Shown here piece after piece: positions 18,712 to 28,584 of a stretch of DNA of 64,000 bases (position 1 is the first letter of the stretch; every line of letters begins with the position of its first letter). The position numbers and the translations under genes were made by a program. Under the pieces are notes generated by a model. It was not told where the DNA came from and did no database searches. It saw only the letters and a list, made by a program, of their open reading frames with translations. The DNA lies in the NCBI GenBank assembly GCA_026991535.1, contig JALXBH010000050.1, positions 14,380 through 78,379 of the forward strand, written 5' to 3'. Source of the DNA: Calditrichia bacterium (GTDB taxonomy: Bacteria; Calditrichota; Calditrichia; Calditrichales; J004).

Positions 18712-19855
18712 ACAAAAGGGTTTTTTGCCTCTTGCGCTGGCCCTTCTTCTTCTGCTTGGCGCTCAGTTTTTTATGTCACCGCCGCCCAACTGGATGCCCA
18801 GCTTTTCCGGCTCTGATGAGATCCCTTATGGGGCCGATGTGTTTTATAAAAGTCTGACCTATCTCTTCCCCGGGCAGGAAATCCGGGTCAACCGGGAAAA
18901 TTTTTATACCGCCCTGGCGGATCAACCCGGGGATAAAAACCTGATCATGCTGGATTTAAAACCGGAAATGGATAACCGGGAGCGGGAGGTTCTGTTCGAC
19001 TGGGTGAACCGGGGCGGCATGGTCTTTATCGCCGCCGGCGTTTTTGATCGCGCCATGAGGGACAGCCTTGGGTTGGATATTGATATCGAACCGTTGACCG
19101 GCGACACCCTGGAGACCACGCCCGCCGATACCATGAACCTGAGCGGCGTCGGTTTGGCAGAGCGCTATTTTTCTTCCTTTGATTCCGGCAGCGCGCTTGT
19201 TTTGCGCAAGGATGCCCGGGGCCGGGCTATCTATTTAAAACAGGCCCATGGCCGGGGCTTTTTTTATCTGAATTTACGTCCCTTTGCCTTTGCCAACTAT
19301 AATATTTTAATGCGTAGCTCGCTGCGGTTTGTGGAAGAAGCCATGCTGCAACTGCCCCCGCGGACGGTGATTTGGGATGAATACCATAAATCCTTAAAAA
19401 AACAGGCGGCACAGACGCCCATGCGCTACATCCTTGACCAACCGGCCCTGAGAGCGGCCTGGTTTACCCTGCTGGCCCTGATCGCCTCGTTTCTTCTGCT
19501 TGGCGGAAGACGCAGGCAAAAGGCGATCCCGGTTATTGAAGCGCCGAAAAACGAGAGCGTTAATTATCTAAAAACCCTGGGGCGTTTTTCCGTGCGTCGC
19601 ACCAGTCCCCTAAGCCTGATAAAACTTAAAAAGAAGCTGGCCCTGGCCTGGTTGCGCCAGCAATACGGCCTGGATGCGCGGGCCCTGGATAAACAGGTGG
19701 CCGCGGAACTGGCGCGCCGGAATATTCTGACGGAGAAAGAGGCCCGGCAATGGGTGATGACCATGAGCATGGCCGGGAAGAAACGATTTTACCAGCCGGA
19801 TGAATTAAAAAAGATGGCCACGATCATTCAGAAAATTTATAGACCCCGTACATAG
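18704..19855 (+). CDS. DUF4350-like protein
   Basis: Start moved to MFKQKGFLPLALALLLLLGA (ATG 18704, an 8-nt overlap with the upstream stop). N-terminal signal/TM plus a late TM. The family call is from context and recall. Confidence 0.5.
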   Translation: MFKQKGFLPLALALLLLLGAQFFMSPPPNWMPSFSGSDEIPYGADVFYKSLTYLFPGQEIRVNRENFYTALADQPGDKNLIMLDLKPEMDNREREVLFDWVNRGGMVFIAAGVFDRAMRDSLGLDIDIEPLTGDTLETTPADTMNLSGVGLAERYFSSFDSGSALVLRKDARGRAIYLKQAHGRGFFYLNLRPFAFANYNILMRSSLRFVEEAMLQLPPRTVIWDEYHKSLKKQAAQTPMRYILDQPALRAAWFTLLALIASFLLLGGRRRQKAIPVIEAPKNESVNYLKTLGRFSVRRTSPLSLIKLKKKLALAWLRQQYGLDARALDKQVAAELARRNILTEKEARQWVMTMSMAGKKRFYQPDELKKMATIIQKIYRPRT

Positions 19856-19870
19856 AAAAGGCAGGTAGTA

Positions 19871-20821
19871 ATGAATTTAGACGCATTTAAGAAACATGTG
19901 GAACAGCTACGTCACAATCTGGAAACGGTGATAGTCGGTCAGCGGGAAGTTATGGATTTACTGCTGACGGCCCTGTTTGCCGACGGCCATGTGCTGATTG
20001 AGAGCGCGCCGGGCATGGCAAAAACATTGATGGCCAAGGCCCTGGCCCGGGTGGTGGACGCCGGTTACAGCCGCATCCAGTTCACCCCGGATCTGATGCC
20101 CTCCGATGTAATAGGCACCTCGGTGTTTAATATGAAAAAGAGTGAATTTGAATTTAAGGCCGGGCCGCTTTTCGGTCAGTTGATATTGATCGATGAAATA
20201 AACCGCGCGCCGGCCAAAACACAATCGGCCCTGTTTGAAGCCATGGAGGAGCGGCAAATTACCGTGGACGGACAAACCTATCCCCTGCGGGCGCCCTTTA
20301 TGGTGATGGCCACCCAAAACCCCATCGAACAGGAGGGGACCTACCGACTGCCCGAGGCGCAGTTGGATCGTTTTTTGTTTATGTTGAAGCCCCAATATCC
20401 ATCGGAAAGCGAGGAGACGGATATTCTGGAACGCTATTCCGGCGTCTCCAACAGGGAAGTTTTGCAGGCCACGGGCCATGTAATAACAGCCGAACAACTA
20501 AAGGAAACACAGCAGGCCCTGCACCGTCTGACCGTTCGCCGCTCCATTGCCGAATACATCGCCAAAATCATTCGCGATACCCGGCGGCACCCGGCCATCT
20601 ACCTGGGCGCCTCGCCCCGCGCCGGCCTCTATCTGGTTAAGGCGGCCAAGGTGTGGGCGGCCATGAACGGGCGCGACTATGTTATTCCCGATGATATTAA
20701 GTATCTGCTGGGCCCGGTATTGGAACACCGCATGATTCTAAACCCGGAAAAGGAACTGGAGGGGCTGAGCCTGGGCCAGGTGCTGGAGGAGATCGTCTCC
20801 GGAATAGAGGTGCCCCGTTAG
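19871..20821 (+). CDS. MoxR-family AAA+ ATPase
   Basis: Walker A-like ESAPGMAKT, Walker B LILIDEINRA, ATQNPIEQEGTYRLPEAQLDRF. Confidence 0.9.
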   Translation: MNLDAFKKHVEQLRHNLETVIVGQREVMDLLLTALFADGHVLIESAPGMAKTLMAKALARVVDAGYSRIQFTPDLMPSDVIGTSVFNMKKSEFEFKAGPLFGQLILIDEINRAPAKTQSALFEAMEERQITVDGQTYPLRAPFMVMATQNPIEQEGTYRLPEAQLDRFLFMLKPQYPSESEETDILERYSGVSNREVLQATGHVITAEQLKETQQALHRLTVRRSIAEYIAKIIRDTRRHPAIYLGASPRAGLYLVKAAKVWAAMNGRDYVIPDDIKYLLGPVLEHRMILNPEKELEGLSLGQVLEEIVSGIEVPR

Positions 20822-22152
20822 TGAAGCGTTTTTTTGATTTTATACCGCTAAGGCGCTTTTACGCCTCCCTGGGCGCGGTGGCGGTACTGTTTGTCCTGGC
20901 CTATATGTATCCGGCGCTGTACGGCGTGGCCCGGGGTACGCTGATCCTGACGCTCTTTGTTACCCTGGCCGACTATATCGTACTTTTTGCCCGGCCGCGT
21001 CCGCTAACGGCCGAACGCCGCCATGCCGCCCGCTTCTCCAACGGAGACCCCAATCCGGTTACGTTGGAATTGTGCAACCGCTTGTCACTGCCCTTAAGGG
21101 CCACGGTTTATGATGAAGTGCCGGATATTTTTCAGTTCCGCCATTCCGTGGGGCGCGTAGAGCTGAGCGGCGGGGAAAGCCGCCAACTGCGCTATGTGCT
21201 GACGCCGGGCCAAAGAGGTATGTTCCGCTTCGGGCGCATTAATATTCTGCTGCAAAGCGTTCTCGGCTTTATCGGCCGTTTTCAGCGGCAGGAGGCCGGT
21301 GGCATCATTCACGTGTATCCTTCATTCCAAAAGCTGAAAGCCTACGATTTAAACGCGCTGACGCTGAGCGGGCCCGGTGGACATCTAAAGCGGGTGCGTC
21401 GCGTAGGCACCACCATGGAGTTTGACCAGATCCGCGCTTATGTACCGGGCGATGATTTCCGCTTTATCAACTGGGCGGCCACGGCCCGCAAGCATCAGGT
21501 GATGGTGAATCAGTACCAGGACGAACAGGCCCAAAGCGTTTACATGATCATTAATAACAGCCGGGTGATGCACATGCCATTCGACGGTTTAAGTCTGTTG
21601 GATCATTCCATCAACAGCGCGCTGGTGACCTCGCATATTGTGCTGCAAAGAAAAGATCGCCCCGGTCTGTTGAGTTTTAGCGCAGGCCCGCCCCGTTTTT
21701 TGGCTGCTTCGGCCCACAACCGGCAAATGACGCGCATACTGGATCATCTTTACCGCCTGGAAACGGACCGCCGCGAGGCCGATTATGAAAGGCTGTATGT
21801 TTACATTCAGAAACATATTCCCCAAAGAAGCCTGATTATACTCTATACCAATTTTGAGTCCCGGGTGGCCCTGGAACGCGTTCTGCCGGTTCTGAGAGAG
21901 ATCAACCGCAAGCATGTGCTGATGCTGATCTATTTTAAAAATGAACAGGTGGAGAAACTGCGGGAAGGCAAAGCTCCCGATTTGACCGCCGTGCACACTC
22001 AGGTGATGGCCGAACAGTATCTTTATGAGAAGGAAGCCATTCGCCACATTTTAAAGCATCATGGTATCATGGCGCTGTTTGTCACGCCGTCCGGGCTGAC
22101 CATCGAGGTGCTGAACAGCTATCTGGCCATAAAGGCCCGGCATATAATTTAA
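20821..22152 (+). CDS. DUF58 (vWA-like) protein, MoxR partner
   Basis: GTG start overlaps the moxR stop by 1 nt. Two N-terminal TM segments and a conserved FDQIRAYVPGDDFRFINW motif. Confidence 0.8.
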   Translation: MKRFFDFIPLRRFYASLGAVAVLFVLAYMYPALYGVARGTLILTLFVTLADYIVLFARPRPLTAERRHAARFSNGDPNPVTLELCNRLSLPLRATVYDEVPDIFQFRHSVGRVELSGGESRQLRYVLTPGQRGMFRFGRINILLQSVLGFIGRFQRQEAGGIIHVYPSFQKLKAYDLNALTLSGPGGHLKRVRRVGTTMEFDQIRAYVPGDDFRFINWAATARKHQVMVNQYQDEQAQSVYMIINNSRVMHMPFDGLSLLDHSINSALVTSHIVLQRKDRPGLLSFSAGPPRFLAASAHNRQMTRILDHLYRLETDRREADYERLYVYIQKHIPQRSLIILYTNFESRVALERVLPVLREINRKHVLMLIYFKNEQVEKLREGKAPDLTAVHTQVMAEQYLYEKEAIRHILKHHGIMALFVTPSGLTIEVLNSYLAIKARHII

Positions 22153-22269
22153 AGCCGTTTGTCTTGCCCGGAGTGGTGAGAAAAGCGTATCTTACGGAGA
22201 GGGACAAACGATCCCGGCCTTTAAGCAGCTGTTTCCCCTGATTACAATAACCCGTTTAGAGAAGGCTCC

Positions 22270-23007
22270 ATGGAAAATATTGATATCGCCACCACCCAGA
22301 ATGTGGCCATAAATTATAAGCTGGCGGGCATTGCCGACCGCATGCTGGCCGTGATTCTGGACTGGATAATACAGGCCGCATATCTTATCACCCTTTTTAT
22401 TGTCGGGGCCTTTCTGCAAAGCGGCTTCGGGATGGGCATTGAAAGTTTTGGTCTTATGTCGCTGTTAACCCTGCCCCTGTTTCTTTACGAGGTGTTGTTT
22501 GAAAGCCTGATGAACGGCCAGACTCCCGGAAAGAAAATTCGCGGCATACGGGTTATGAGTACGGATGGCAGCGAAGCCAACATAGGGCAATTTATCATCC
22601 GCTGGTTGCTGCGTTTTGTGGACGTCACCTTTACCCTGGGAAGCGTGGGGCTGATTACCCTGTTTATCAATAACAGGGGGCAGCGCCTGGGCGATATCGC
22701 CGCGGGCACCACGGTGGTGCTTACCGGAGAAAAGGCCGATGTGGATGGCTCCTTTCTGGCGCAAAACGAGCCGAACGCGCCCCCCGTATGGCCCCAGGCC
22801 CGTCACATGAGCCCCAGGGAAGCGAGCCTGCTACGCCAGGTGTTGAACAGCCGGCCGGAATCGGATGAAGCCTATGCGGAGCTGTTGGAAAATACCGCCC
22901 GGATTTATGCGCAAAAGCTGAATATTGCCAACCCCTCGCCGGATAACCGGCAGTTTTTGGAAACCTTATTACGCGACTATCATAACAGCGGGGCGGAAGT
23001 CGGATAG
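22270..23007 (+). CDS. RDD-family membrane protein
   Basis: N-terminal RDD-type membrane domain (ADRMLAVILDWIIQ..., GQTPGKKIRGIRV) with a soluble C-terminal tail. Confidence 0.7.
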   Translation: MENIDIATTQNVAINYKLAGIADRMLAVILDWIIQAAYLITLFIVGAFLQSGFGMGIESFGLMSLLTLPLFLYEVLFESLMNGQTPGKKIRGIRVMSTDGSEANIGQFIIRWLLRFVDVTFTLGSVGLITLFINNRGQRLGDIAAGTTVVLTGEKADVDGSFLAQNEPNAPPVWPQARHMSPREASLLRQVLNSRPESDEAYAELLENTARIYAQKLNIANPSPDNRQFLETLLRDYHNSGAEVG

Positions 23008-23014
23008 CCGTCCT

Positions 23015-24211
23015 TTAACGTAACAGCACCATTTTCCGGCTATCGACAAAGGAAGCGCTTTTCAGCCTGTAAATATATACTCCGCCGGCCAGTCCGGAGG
23101 CGTCAAAACGCACCGTATGTTCTCCGGCATCCTCAACTTTATTAAGCAGGGTTGCTATTTTACGGCCGGTAATGTCAAAAACCGACAATTCCACTTTTTC
23201 CCTTTTCATTAAACGGTAAGGGATAAGCGTTTCCGGGTTAAAGGGATTGGGGTAGTTGGCATACAGTCTTGTCTGTTGCGGAAGGAATGGTTCGTTCTTG
23301 TCCAGACCCGTGGCAATGGCCGTGCGATAAACATAACCGCTGTCGGTGCCGACATAATAATAGTCCCGGCTGTCGATAAAGGTGGCCGTAATGCGTTCCC
23401 CTTCCGGCAAGGTGAGGATCCGTTTCCACGTAGAGTCTTTTCCCGAAAATTCATAGACCCTGCCGCTATATTGTGATTTGTACAGGATATCCTGATGGTT
23501 GACGTCAAACTTTCCCGAAATAGTCTTCCGGGTGTAAGCCTCCCAGCTTTGGCCGCGGTCGCGGGACACCAGGGTATCCACAAAGAGTTCGCCCCTGGAA
23601 TTGACGATAATATCATGGTTCTGAAGATCCCCAATATCACGTAAAAAATGGAAACTCCTCCCGCCGTCGGTGGACAGGGACAGATCCACCCCAATCCCCA
23701 TGGATATAAAGACATCCGATACATAGATTTCCCCCGAAGGTCCCAACGCCATAGCGATGATCTCCACCTGACTGGCGCCGGTGGTAACATCCGGCGTGTC
23801 CCAGCTTTGTCCGTCATCGTAGGAGTGATAAATATAGGATAAACCGTCCGTCGAATAACAGGTATCCCCCTTGGAGACGATCTCCCGGGCATACCGAAAA
23901 ACAGAATCCCATTGGCCGCCGAAATCTGTGGAGCGATAAGTCACCCACCAGGTGCTGGCAAAAAAGGTGTTATTCCCGTTGATGGTAAAATAAACAAAGA
24001 AGGAGTCCGGGAGTTGCCGGAATTCAGCCCAGTTCATGCCCGTACTGTCCGATTTATAGATACGGTCCGCTGAAAGAAGATAAAGATTTTGATCGCTATC
24101 CTCGGCAAAAGAGGTAATTTTCCCGCCGCTGCCGGGGGAAACTTTGTACCATCCTGTTTGCGCGGATAAAAAGGAAAGAGCGATAAACAGAAAAAAGGCC
24201 GTGGTTCGCAT
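23015..24211 (-). CDS. BNR/Asp-box beta-propeller protein with a T9SS C-terminal domain
   Basis: Start reset to MRTTAFFLFIALSFLSA (ATG 24211, GGAGG upstream). Repeated Asp-box motifs (SDSTGMNW, STDFGGQW, DDGQSW, STDGGRSF, SRDRGQSW). NYPNPFNP...GVYIYRL tail. Confidence 0.7.
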   Translation of the reverse strand: MRTTAFFLFIALSFLSAQTGWYKVSPGSGGKITSFAEDSDQNLYLLSADRIYKSDSTGMNWAEFRQLPDSFFVYFTINGNNTFFASTWWVTYRSTDFGGQWDSVFRYAREIVSKGDTCYSTDGLSYIYHSYDDGQSWDTPDVTTGASQVEIIAMALGPSGEIYVSDVFISMGIGVDLSLSTDGGRSFHFLRDIGDLQNHDIIVNSRGELFVDTLVSRDRGQSWEAYTRKTISGKFDVNHQDILYKSQYSGRVYEFSGKDSTWKRILTLPEGERITATFIDSRDYYYVGTDSGYVYRTAIATGLDKNEPFLPQQTRLYANYPNPFNPETLIPYRLMKREKVELSVFDITGRKIATLLNKVEDAGEHTVRFDASGLAGGVYIYRLKSASFVDSRKMVLLR

Positions 24212-24327
24212 GGGAACCTCCTTTTGCGTATAGGGGAAAACGGCGGGCTCGCCAAACTTTTTAAAGCTTGGGTAAATGTATGTTTTAACAAGGCCTTTTT
24301 CAAGGCGTTGTTTTCCCCCTTGTTTCG

Positions 24328-24987
24328 TTATGCCGCCGGGGGTAGCACATAAAAGTAAACGGCCATAAAGTGGCAAAAGCTTCCCAGCAAAACAAACAGA
24401 TGAAAGATGGCGTGATTGAGCTTTATTTTTTTGATGCTGTAGATAACGGCGCCCAGGGTATAGGCCGCGCCGCCGGCAAAAAGCCAGCGCAGTCCGTCCG
24501 AGGCCAGGCGATCCATCAGCGGTGAAATAACAAACACGATCAGCCAGCCCATAAAAACATACATCAGCGTGGAGAGGAGGTTGTAGCGGCCGGTGAAGAA
24601 GATTTTTAAAATGATGCCGGTCAGGGCCATGCCCCAGGAGAGACCGAAAATTATCCAACCGGTAGTCCCATGCAGGGTGACCAGCGTAAACGGCGTATAG
24701 GTTCCGGCAATCAGCACATAGATGGAGGCGTGGTCAAAAATACGCAGCCGCTTGCGGATCACAGGACTTTGCGCTTTGTGATAAAAGGTGGAGGCGCTAT
24801 ACAGCACGATCATACTGGCGCCGTAAATGGCCGCGCCGGCGATGTGCCAGGCCGTTCCGTACAGTGAGGCTTTGATCACCAGGCATATCAGGGCCACAAT
24901 GCTTAAGGCCAGGCCAAAGGCATGGGAAAGTACATTGATCCTTTCCTCCGCGGGGCTGTAAAAGACGGTTTCGTCACCGGTTTTCAT
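24328..24987 (-). CDS. Hemolysin III / PAQR family membrane protein
   Basis: Seven-TM protein with a family-typical HxxG N-terminus, DHASIY and HLFVLLGS motifs. Confidence 0.85.
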   Translation of the reverse strand: MKTGDETVFYSPAEERINVLSHAFGLALSIVALICLVIKASLYGTAWHIAGAAIYGASMIVLYSASTFYHKAQSPVIRKRLRIFDHASIYVLIAGTYTPFTLVTLHGTTGWIIFGLSWGMALTGIILKIFFTGRYNLLSTLMYVFMGWLIVFVISPLMDRLASDGLRWLFAGGAAYTLGAVIYSIKKIKLNHAIFHLFVLLGSFCHFMAVYFYVLPPAA

Positions 24988-25065
24988 GGGCGCTCCTTAT
25001 GCGGGAACGGGTCTAATGTCTGTTTACCGCAAGGAGTTATACAGACAGGCATAGTCCCGCGATCC

Positions 25066-26040
25066 CTATTTTTTCTCCAGAAAAAGGTTTTTCATTTTTT
25101 TGAGGATCTCCGGATTGGGCAGACCTTTTTTTCCCATAACCAGAAAGGTGAAGTTGCTGGCCATGATCTCCTCGGGATGAATAACATAGTTGGTGTTTCT
25201 GCCAATCATTTCCCAGAAAGCGGGAGTTTGATAGGCGTTGATCATCAGCGGCTTGTCCTCCTCCATTACGGGCACAGTGTATCCGTCCTTCTCTTCCACC
25301 CGCAACAGCACAAAACTCAGGCTTTGAAAAATCCCTCCCGTTTTGCTGACGTCATACACGGGCTGGGTGGCATAGATAAAGGGCGCCACGCGCAACACGC
25401 CTTCTTCGGAAGGCAGGTTGGCATAGCTGTTCATTTCCGGCGCGTCGGGATTAGTGATGTGGCGCTCAAACCAGGCTTCCGGCAAGGTCAATTCCGGGCC
25501 GGTTTCAAAACCGATGATTTTGTAAAAACGGGCCCGCATGGCGCGATTGTGCCGGGAATAGACGTGAAATATTTCATGAATAAAGGTCTCTTCCAGGGCG
25601 CCCCGTGCCGCCGACTTCAGCATGAGGTCGGTATAGACAATGGTATTCATGCGCGTGTAGGCCACTCCCACGCCGCCCACCTCGTCGCCGGTGGTGCGGA
25701 TGAGGATGATTTTTCCGGGCAGGTTGAGTTGCAGGGCCTGCAGCTGCGCATGGTGATTGCGGGCGAATTGTTCAAACATGGTTTTCAGGCTGTCCGGCCA
25801 GTTACGGACGTTCCGGGCCAAATGCTGCTTGTATTCCGCCACGCTTACCTCCCGGTCCGTGCGCATGGAAGCGGAGCGGTCGTAGGCGGAGACCCGTTGC
25901 ATGTAATCATCGTCTTTGATGACCAGGGCGGCGGCGGTGGCCGAATCGGCAAAAACCAGTTCGGTGCCTTCAATCAATTCAACGGCCCGAAGGGTGGAGA
26001 AGGACATTGTCAGTATCAACAGAAAAAGAATATAACGCAT
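25066..26040 (-). CDS. Secreted hypothetical protein with an HExxH motif
   Basis: Signal peptide. Single HEIFH motif in the context TFIHEIFHVYSRHN. No recognised family. Confidence 0.45.
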   Translation of the reverse strand: MRYILFLLILTMSFSTLRAVELIEGTELVFADSATAAALVIKDDDYMQRVSAYDRSASMRTDREVSVAEYKQHLARNVRNWPDSLKTMFEQFARNHHAQLQALQLNLPGKIILIRTTGDEVGGVGVAYTRMNTIVYTDLMLKSAARGALEETFIHEIFHVYSRHNRAMRARFYKIIGFETGPELTLPEAWFERHITNPDAPEMNSYANLPSEEGVLRVAPFIYATQPVYDVSKTGGIFQSLSFVLLRVEEKDGYTVPVMEEDKPLMINAYQTPAFWEMIGRNTNYVIHPEEIMASNFTFLVMGKKGLPNPEILKKMKNLFLEKK

Positions 26041-26055
26041 GGGGTTTTCCTCGCT

Positions 26056-26367
26056 TTAGTCGTCCGTGGCGGGGTGCCAAAGATAATGTTTCAGGTCAAT
26101 ACGACCGTTGGCGGCAAAGGTTACGCCCTCGCTCCGTAACAGGGCGCTTTGCACCTCTCCTCCGGCATGGGGCGGCAGGCTTATGCTTCCCCGGGAATTT
26201 ACAACCCGCCACCAGGGGATGTCTTCCGCGCGCGGGCAGGCATGCAGGGCATAGCCCACCATGCGCGGGGTAATGCCGGGCAGCGCGGCCGCGATGGCGC
26301 CGTAGGTGGAGATCCGTCCCCGGGGAATGTTTTTTACGCAGTCATAAACCGCCCGATAGCGACTCAT
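26056..26367 (-). CDS. Alkyltransferase-like (ATL) / MGMT-family DNA-binding protein lacking the acceptor cysteine
   Basis: MGMT C-terminal fold motifs (IPRGRISTYGAIA, RMVGYAL). PWWRVV replaces the PCHRV active site. Confidence 0.75.
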   Translation of the reverse strand: MSRYRAVYDCVKNIPRGRISTYGAIAAALPGITPRMVGYALHACPRAEDIPWWRVVNSRGSISLPPHAGGEVQSALLRSEGVTFAANGRIDLKHYLWHPATDD

Positions 26368-26469
26368 ATGGCTTCTCCTTGTTCCCGGCCCTGGAAGTGA
26401 GCGACACTACAAAGCCCTAAGCTATCGGATTTGCCCGATAAATTCAAAAAGGACCGTAAAAAAGCGGCA

Positions 26470-27075
26470 TTATTTTTTTTGCGCGCTTCCGGCATGGCGT
26501 TGGGCCAGTATCTCCTCGATCTCTTCCAGTTGGACGCCGCGCTGTTGCAGCAAAACCAAAAGGTGAAAAAGAAGATCGGCTGTTTCGTTTTTGAACAGCG
26601 CGTCGTTGTTGTCCATGGCCTCGATAATCAGTTCCGTGGCCTCCTCGCCCACCTTTTGGGCAATTTTGTTAACGCCCTTTTCAAACAGCGCGCTGGTATA
26701 GGATTGTGCGGATGGGTTTTTTTTCCTGTCGGCGATTATATCCTGCAATTTATATAAAAAACCCTTTGCCGAATGTTCATTAAAGCAGGTATCATTACCC
26801 GTGTGGCATACCGGTCCGGCGGGCCGGGCCTTTATCAACAGGGTATCCCCGTCGCAGTCGGCCACGATTTCACGGACGGTTAAAAAGTTACCGGAGGTTT
26901 CTCCCTTGGTCCATAGCCGTTTTTTCGAACGCGAATAAAAGGTAACCCGTCCTTCCCGTTCGGTTTTACTTAAAGCCTCCCGGTTCATATAACCCAGCAT
27001 CAGCACGCGCCCGTTGAGGGCATCCTGAATTATGGCCGGAACCAGACCATTGCCTTTGTCAAAATCTATACGCAT
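26470..27075 (-). CDS. hisI: Bifunctional phosphoribosyl-AMP cyclohydrolase / phosphoribosyl-ATP pyrophosphatase
   Basis: HisI N-terminus ([23 protein letters not shown]) fused to a HisE C-terminus ([20 protein letters not shown]). Confidence 0.9.
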   Translation of the reverse strand: MRIDFDKGNGLVPAIIQDALNGRVLMLGYMNREALSKTEREGRVTFYSRSKKRLWTKGETSGNFLTVREIVADCDGDTLLIKARPAGPVCHTGNDTCFNEHSAKGFLYKLQDIIADRKKNPSAQSYTSALFEKGVNKIAQKVGEEATELIIEAMDNNDALFKNETADLLFHLLVLLQQRGVQLEEIEEILAQRHAGSAQKK

Positions 27076-27824
27076 CGTATGGCCACCTTTTTGGTTTGTA
27101 AATATTTTTTTAGTTCGGGGATGGCAATTTCGCCAAAGTGAAAAATACTGGCCGCCAGGGCGGCGTCGGCCCGTCCCTTTTTAAAGACGTCATAAAAATG
27201 GTGTATCGTGCCCGCCCCGCCGGATGCGATAACCGGAATACCCACCGTGTCCACCACGCGGGCGGTCAGCTCCACGGCAAAACCGTCCCGGGTGCCGTCG
27301 TTGGGGATGGCCGTCAGCATGATTTCCCCCGCGCCCCGTTGCCAGGCCTCCCGGGCCCAGGCCAGGGTATCCAGCGCTGTGGGTTGGCGCCCGCCGTGGG
27401 TAAACACCTTCCAGCGGCCATCGACAACATCCGTATCGATAGCCAGCACGACACATTGACTGCCAAAAGCTTCGGCCAATTGAGAAATAAGCGCCGGGTT
27501 TTTTACCGCAGCCGAGTTTACGCTAACCTTGTCGGCTCCGGCCTGTAGCAGCAGTTCCACGTCTGCGGTGGTGGCAATGCCGCCGCCAACCATAAAGGGG
27601 ATGTCAATGGCCCGCGAGATGCGTTCCACCAGGCGGGCCAGGGTTTTGCGCTTCTCTATGGTAGCCGTTATATCCAAAAAAACAAGCTCATCGGCCCCCT
27701 GTTCCGCGTAAAGACGGGCCAGTTCCACCGGATCGCCCGCATCGCGGATATCCACAAAGTTAACACCCTTAACCGTCCGTCCGTCCCGGATATCCAGGCA
27801 GGGGATAATACGTTTTTTTAACAT
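27066..27824 (-). CDS. hisF: Imidazole glycerol phosphate synthase cyclase subunit
   Basis: KRIIPCLDI..., [14 protein letters not shown] motifs. Confidence 0.95.
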   Translation of the reverse strand: MLKKRIIPCLDIRDGRTVKGVNFVDIRDAGDPVELARLYAEQGADELVFLDITATIEKRKTLARLVERISRAIDIPFMVGGGIATTADVELLLQAGADKVSVNSAAVKNPALISQLAEAFGSQCVVLAIDTDVVDGRWKVFTHGGRQPTALDTLAWAREAWQRGAGEIMLTAIPNDGTRDGFAVELTARVVDTVGIPVIASGGAGTIHHFYDVFKKGRADAALAASIFHFGEIAIPELKKYLQTKKVAIRCV

Positions 27825-27870
27825 GCTTCACCTTATTGTTCGGGCGGCGTTTATCCGCCGCGCTTTAAAC

Positions 27871-28584
27871 TTAAAATTCCCGTAATTCATCCAGGCGTAT
27901 GCGGTTTTCATACAGGGCCTTGCCGATAATGGCTCCCTCCAGCCCCATGTCGCGTAAGCGTCGCAGTTCCCCCAGGGTGCTGATGCCACCGCTGGCGATC
28001 AACTTTAGTTGCGGAGAGTTTTGTAGAATCCTTTTATAGAGATCAAAGGCCGGGCCCTCCAACATGCCGTCCCGGCCGACATCGGTGCAAATCACATAGC
28101 GCGCGCCCCGGCCGGCCAGGCTGTCGATAAAGCTCTCCACATCCAGTCCGGCGCTTTCCCGCCAGCCGTCGGTCATAATGCGTCCCTGGCGGGCGTCGGC
28201 GCCCAGGATAATTTTCTCCGCCGAATAGCGTTGCAGCCATTCCAGAAAAAGTTGCGGGTTCCTTGCGGCCACGCTGCCGGCGGTAACCTGGCACGCGCCG
28301 CATTCAAAGGCGATACGGACGTCCTTTTCGCTTTTTACGCCGCCGCCAAAGTCTATGCGCAGGCTGCTGCGGGCAGCCAGCCGTTCCAGCACCGGCCAAT
28401 TGACGATATGATTGCTTTTAGCGCCGTCCAGATCCACCACATGCAGATATTTAAGGCCGGCGTCTTCAAAAAGACGGGCCGCGTCAAGGGGGTCTTCGTT
28501 GTAAATTTTTTTCCGCTTGTAGTCGCCCTGGGTCAGGCGCACGCACTTTCCGTCAATAATGTCTATGGCGGGAATGATTCTCAT
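27871..28584 (-). CDS. hisA: ProFAR isomerase
   Basis: [29 protein letters not shown] motifs. Confidence 0.9.
   Translation of the reverse strand: MRIIPAIDIIDGKCVRLTQGDYKRKKIYNEDPLDAARLFEDAGLKYLHVVDLDGAKSNHIVNWPVLERLAARSSLRIDFGGGVKSEKDVRIAFECGACQVTAGSVAARNPQLFLEWLQRYSAEKIILGADARQGRIMTDGWRESAGLDVESFIDSLAGRGARYVICTDVGRDGMLEGPAFDLYKRILQNSPQLKLIASGGISTLGELRRLRDMGLEGAIIGKALYENRIRLDELREF

Noticed and set aside
24212-24658. N-terminal 149-aa extension of the 547-aa track ORF (23015-24658, minus strand)
   Set aside because: The extension overlaps the hemolysin III gene (24328-24987) in another frame and has odd composition. An internal ATG at 24211 with a GGAGG Shine-Dalgarno gives a clean signal peptide.
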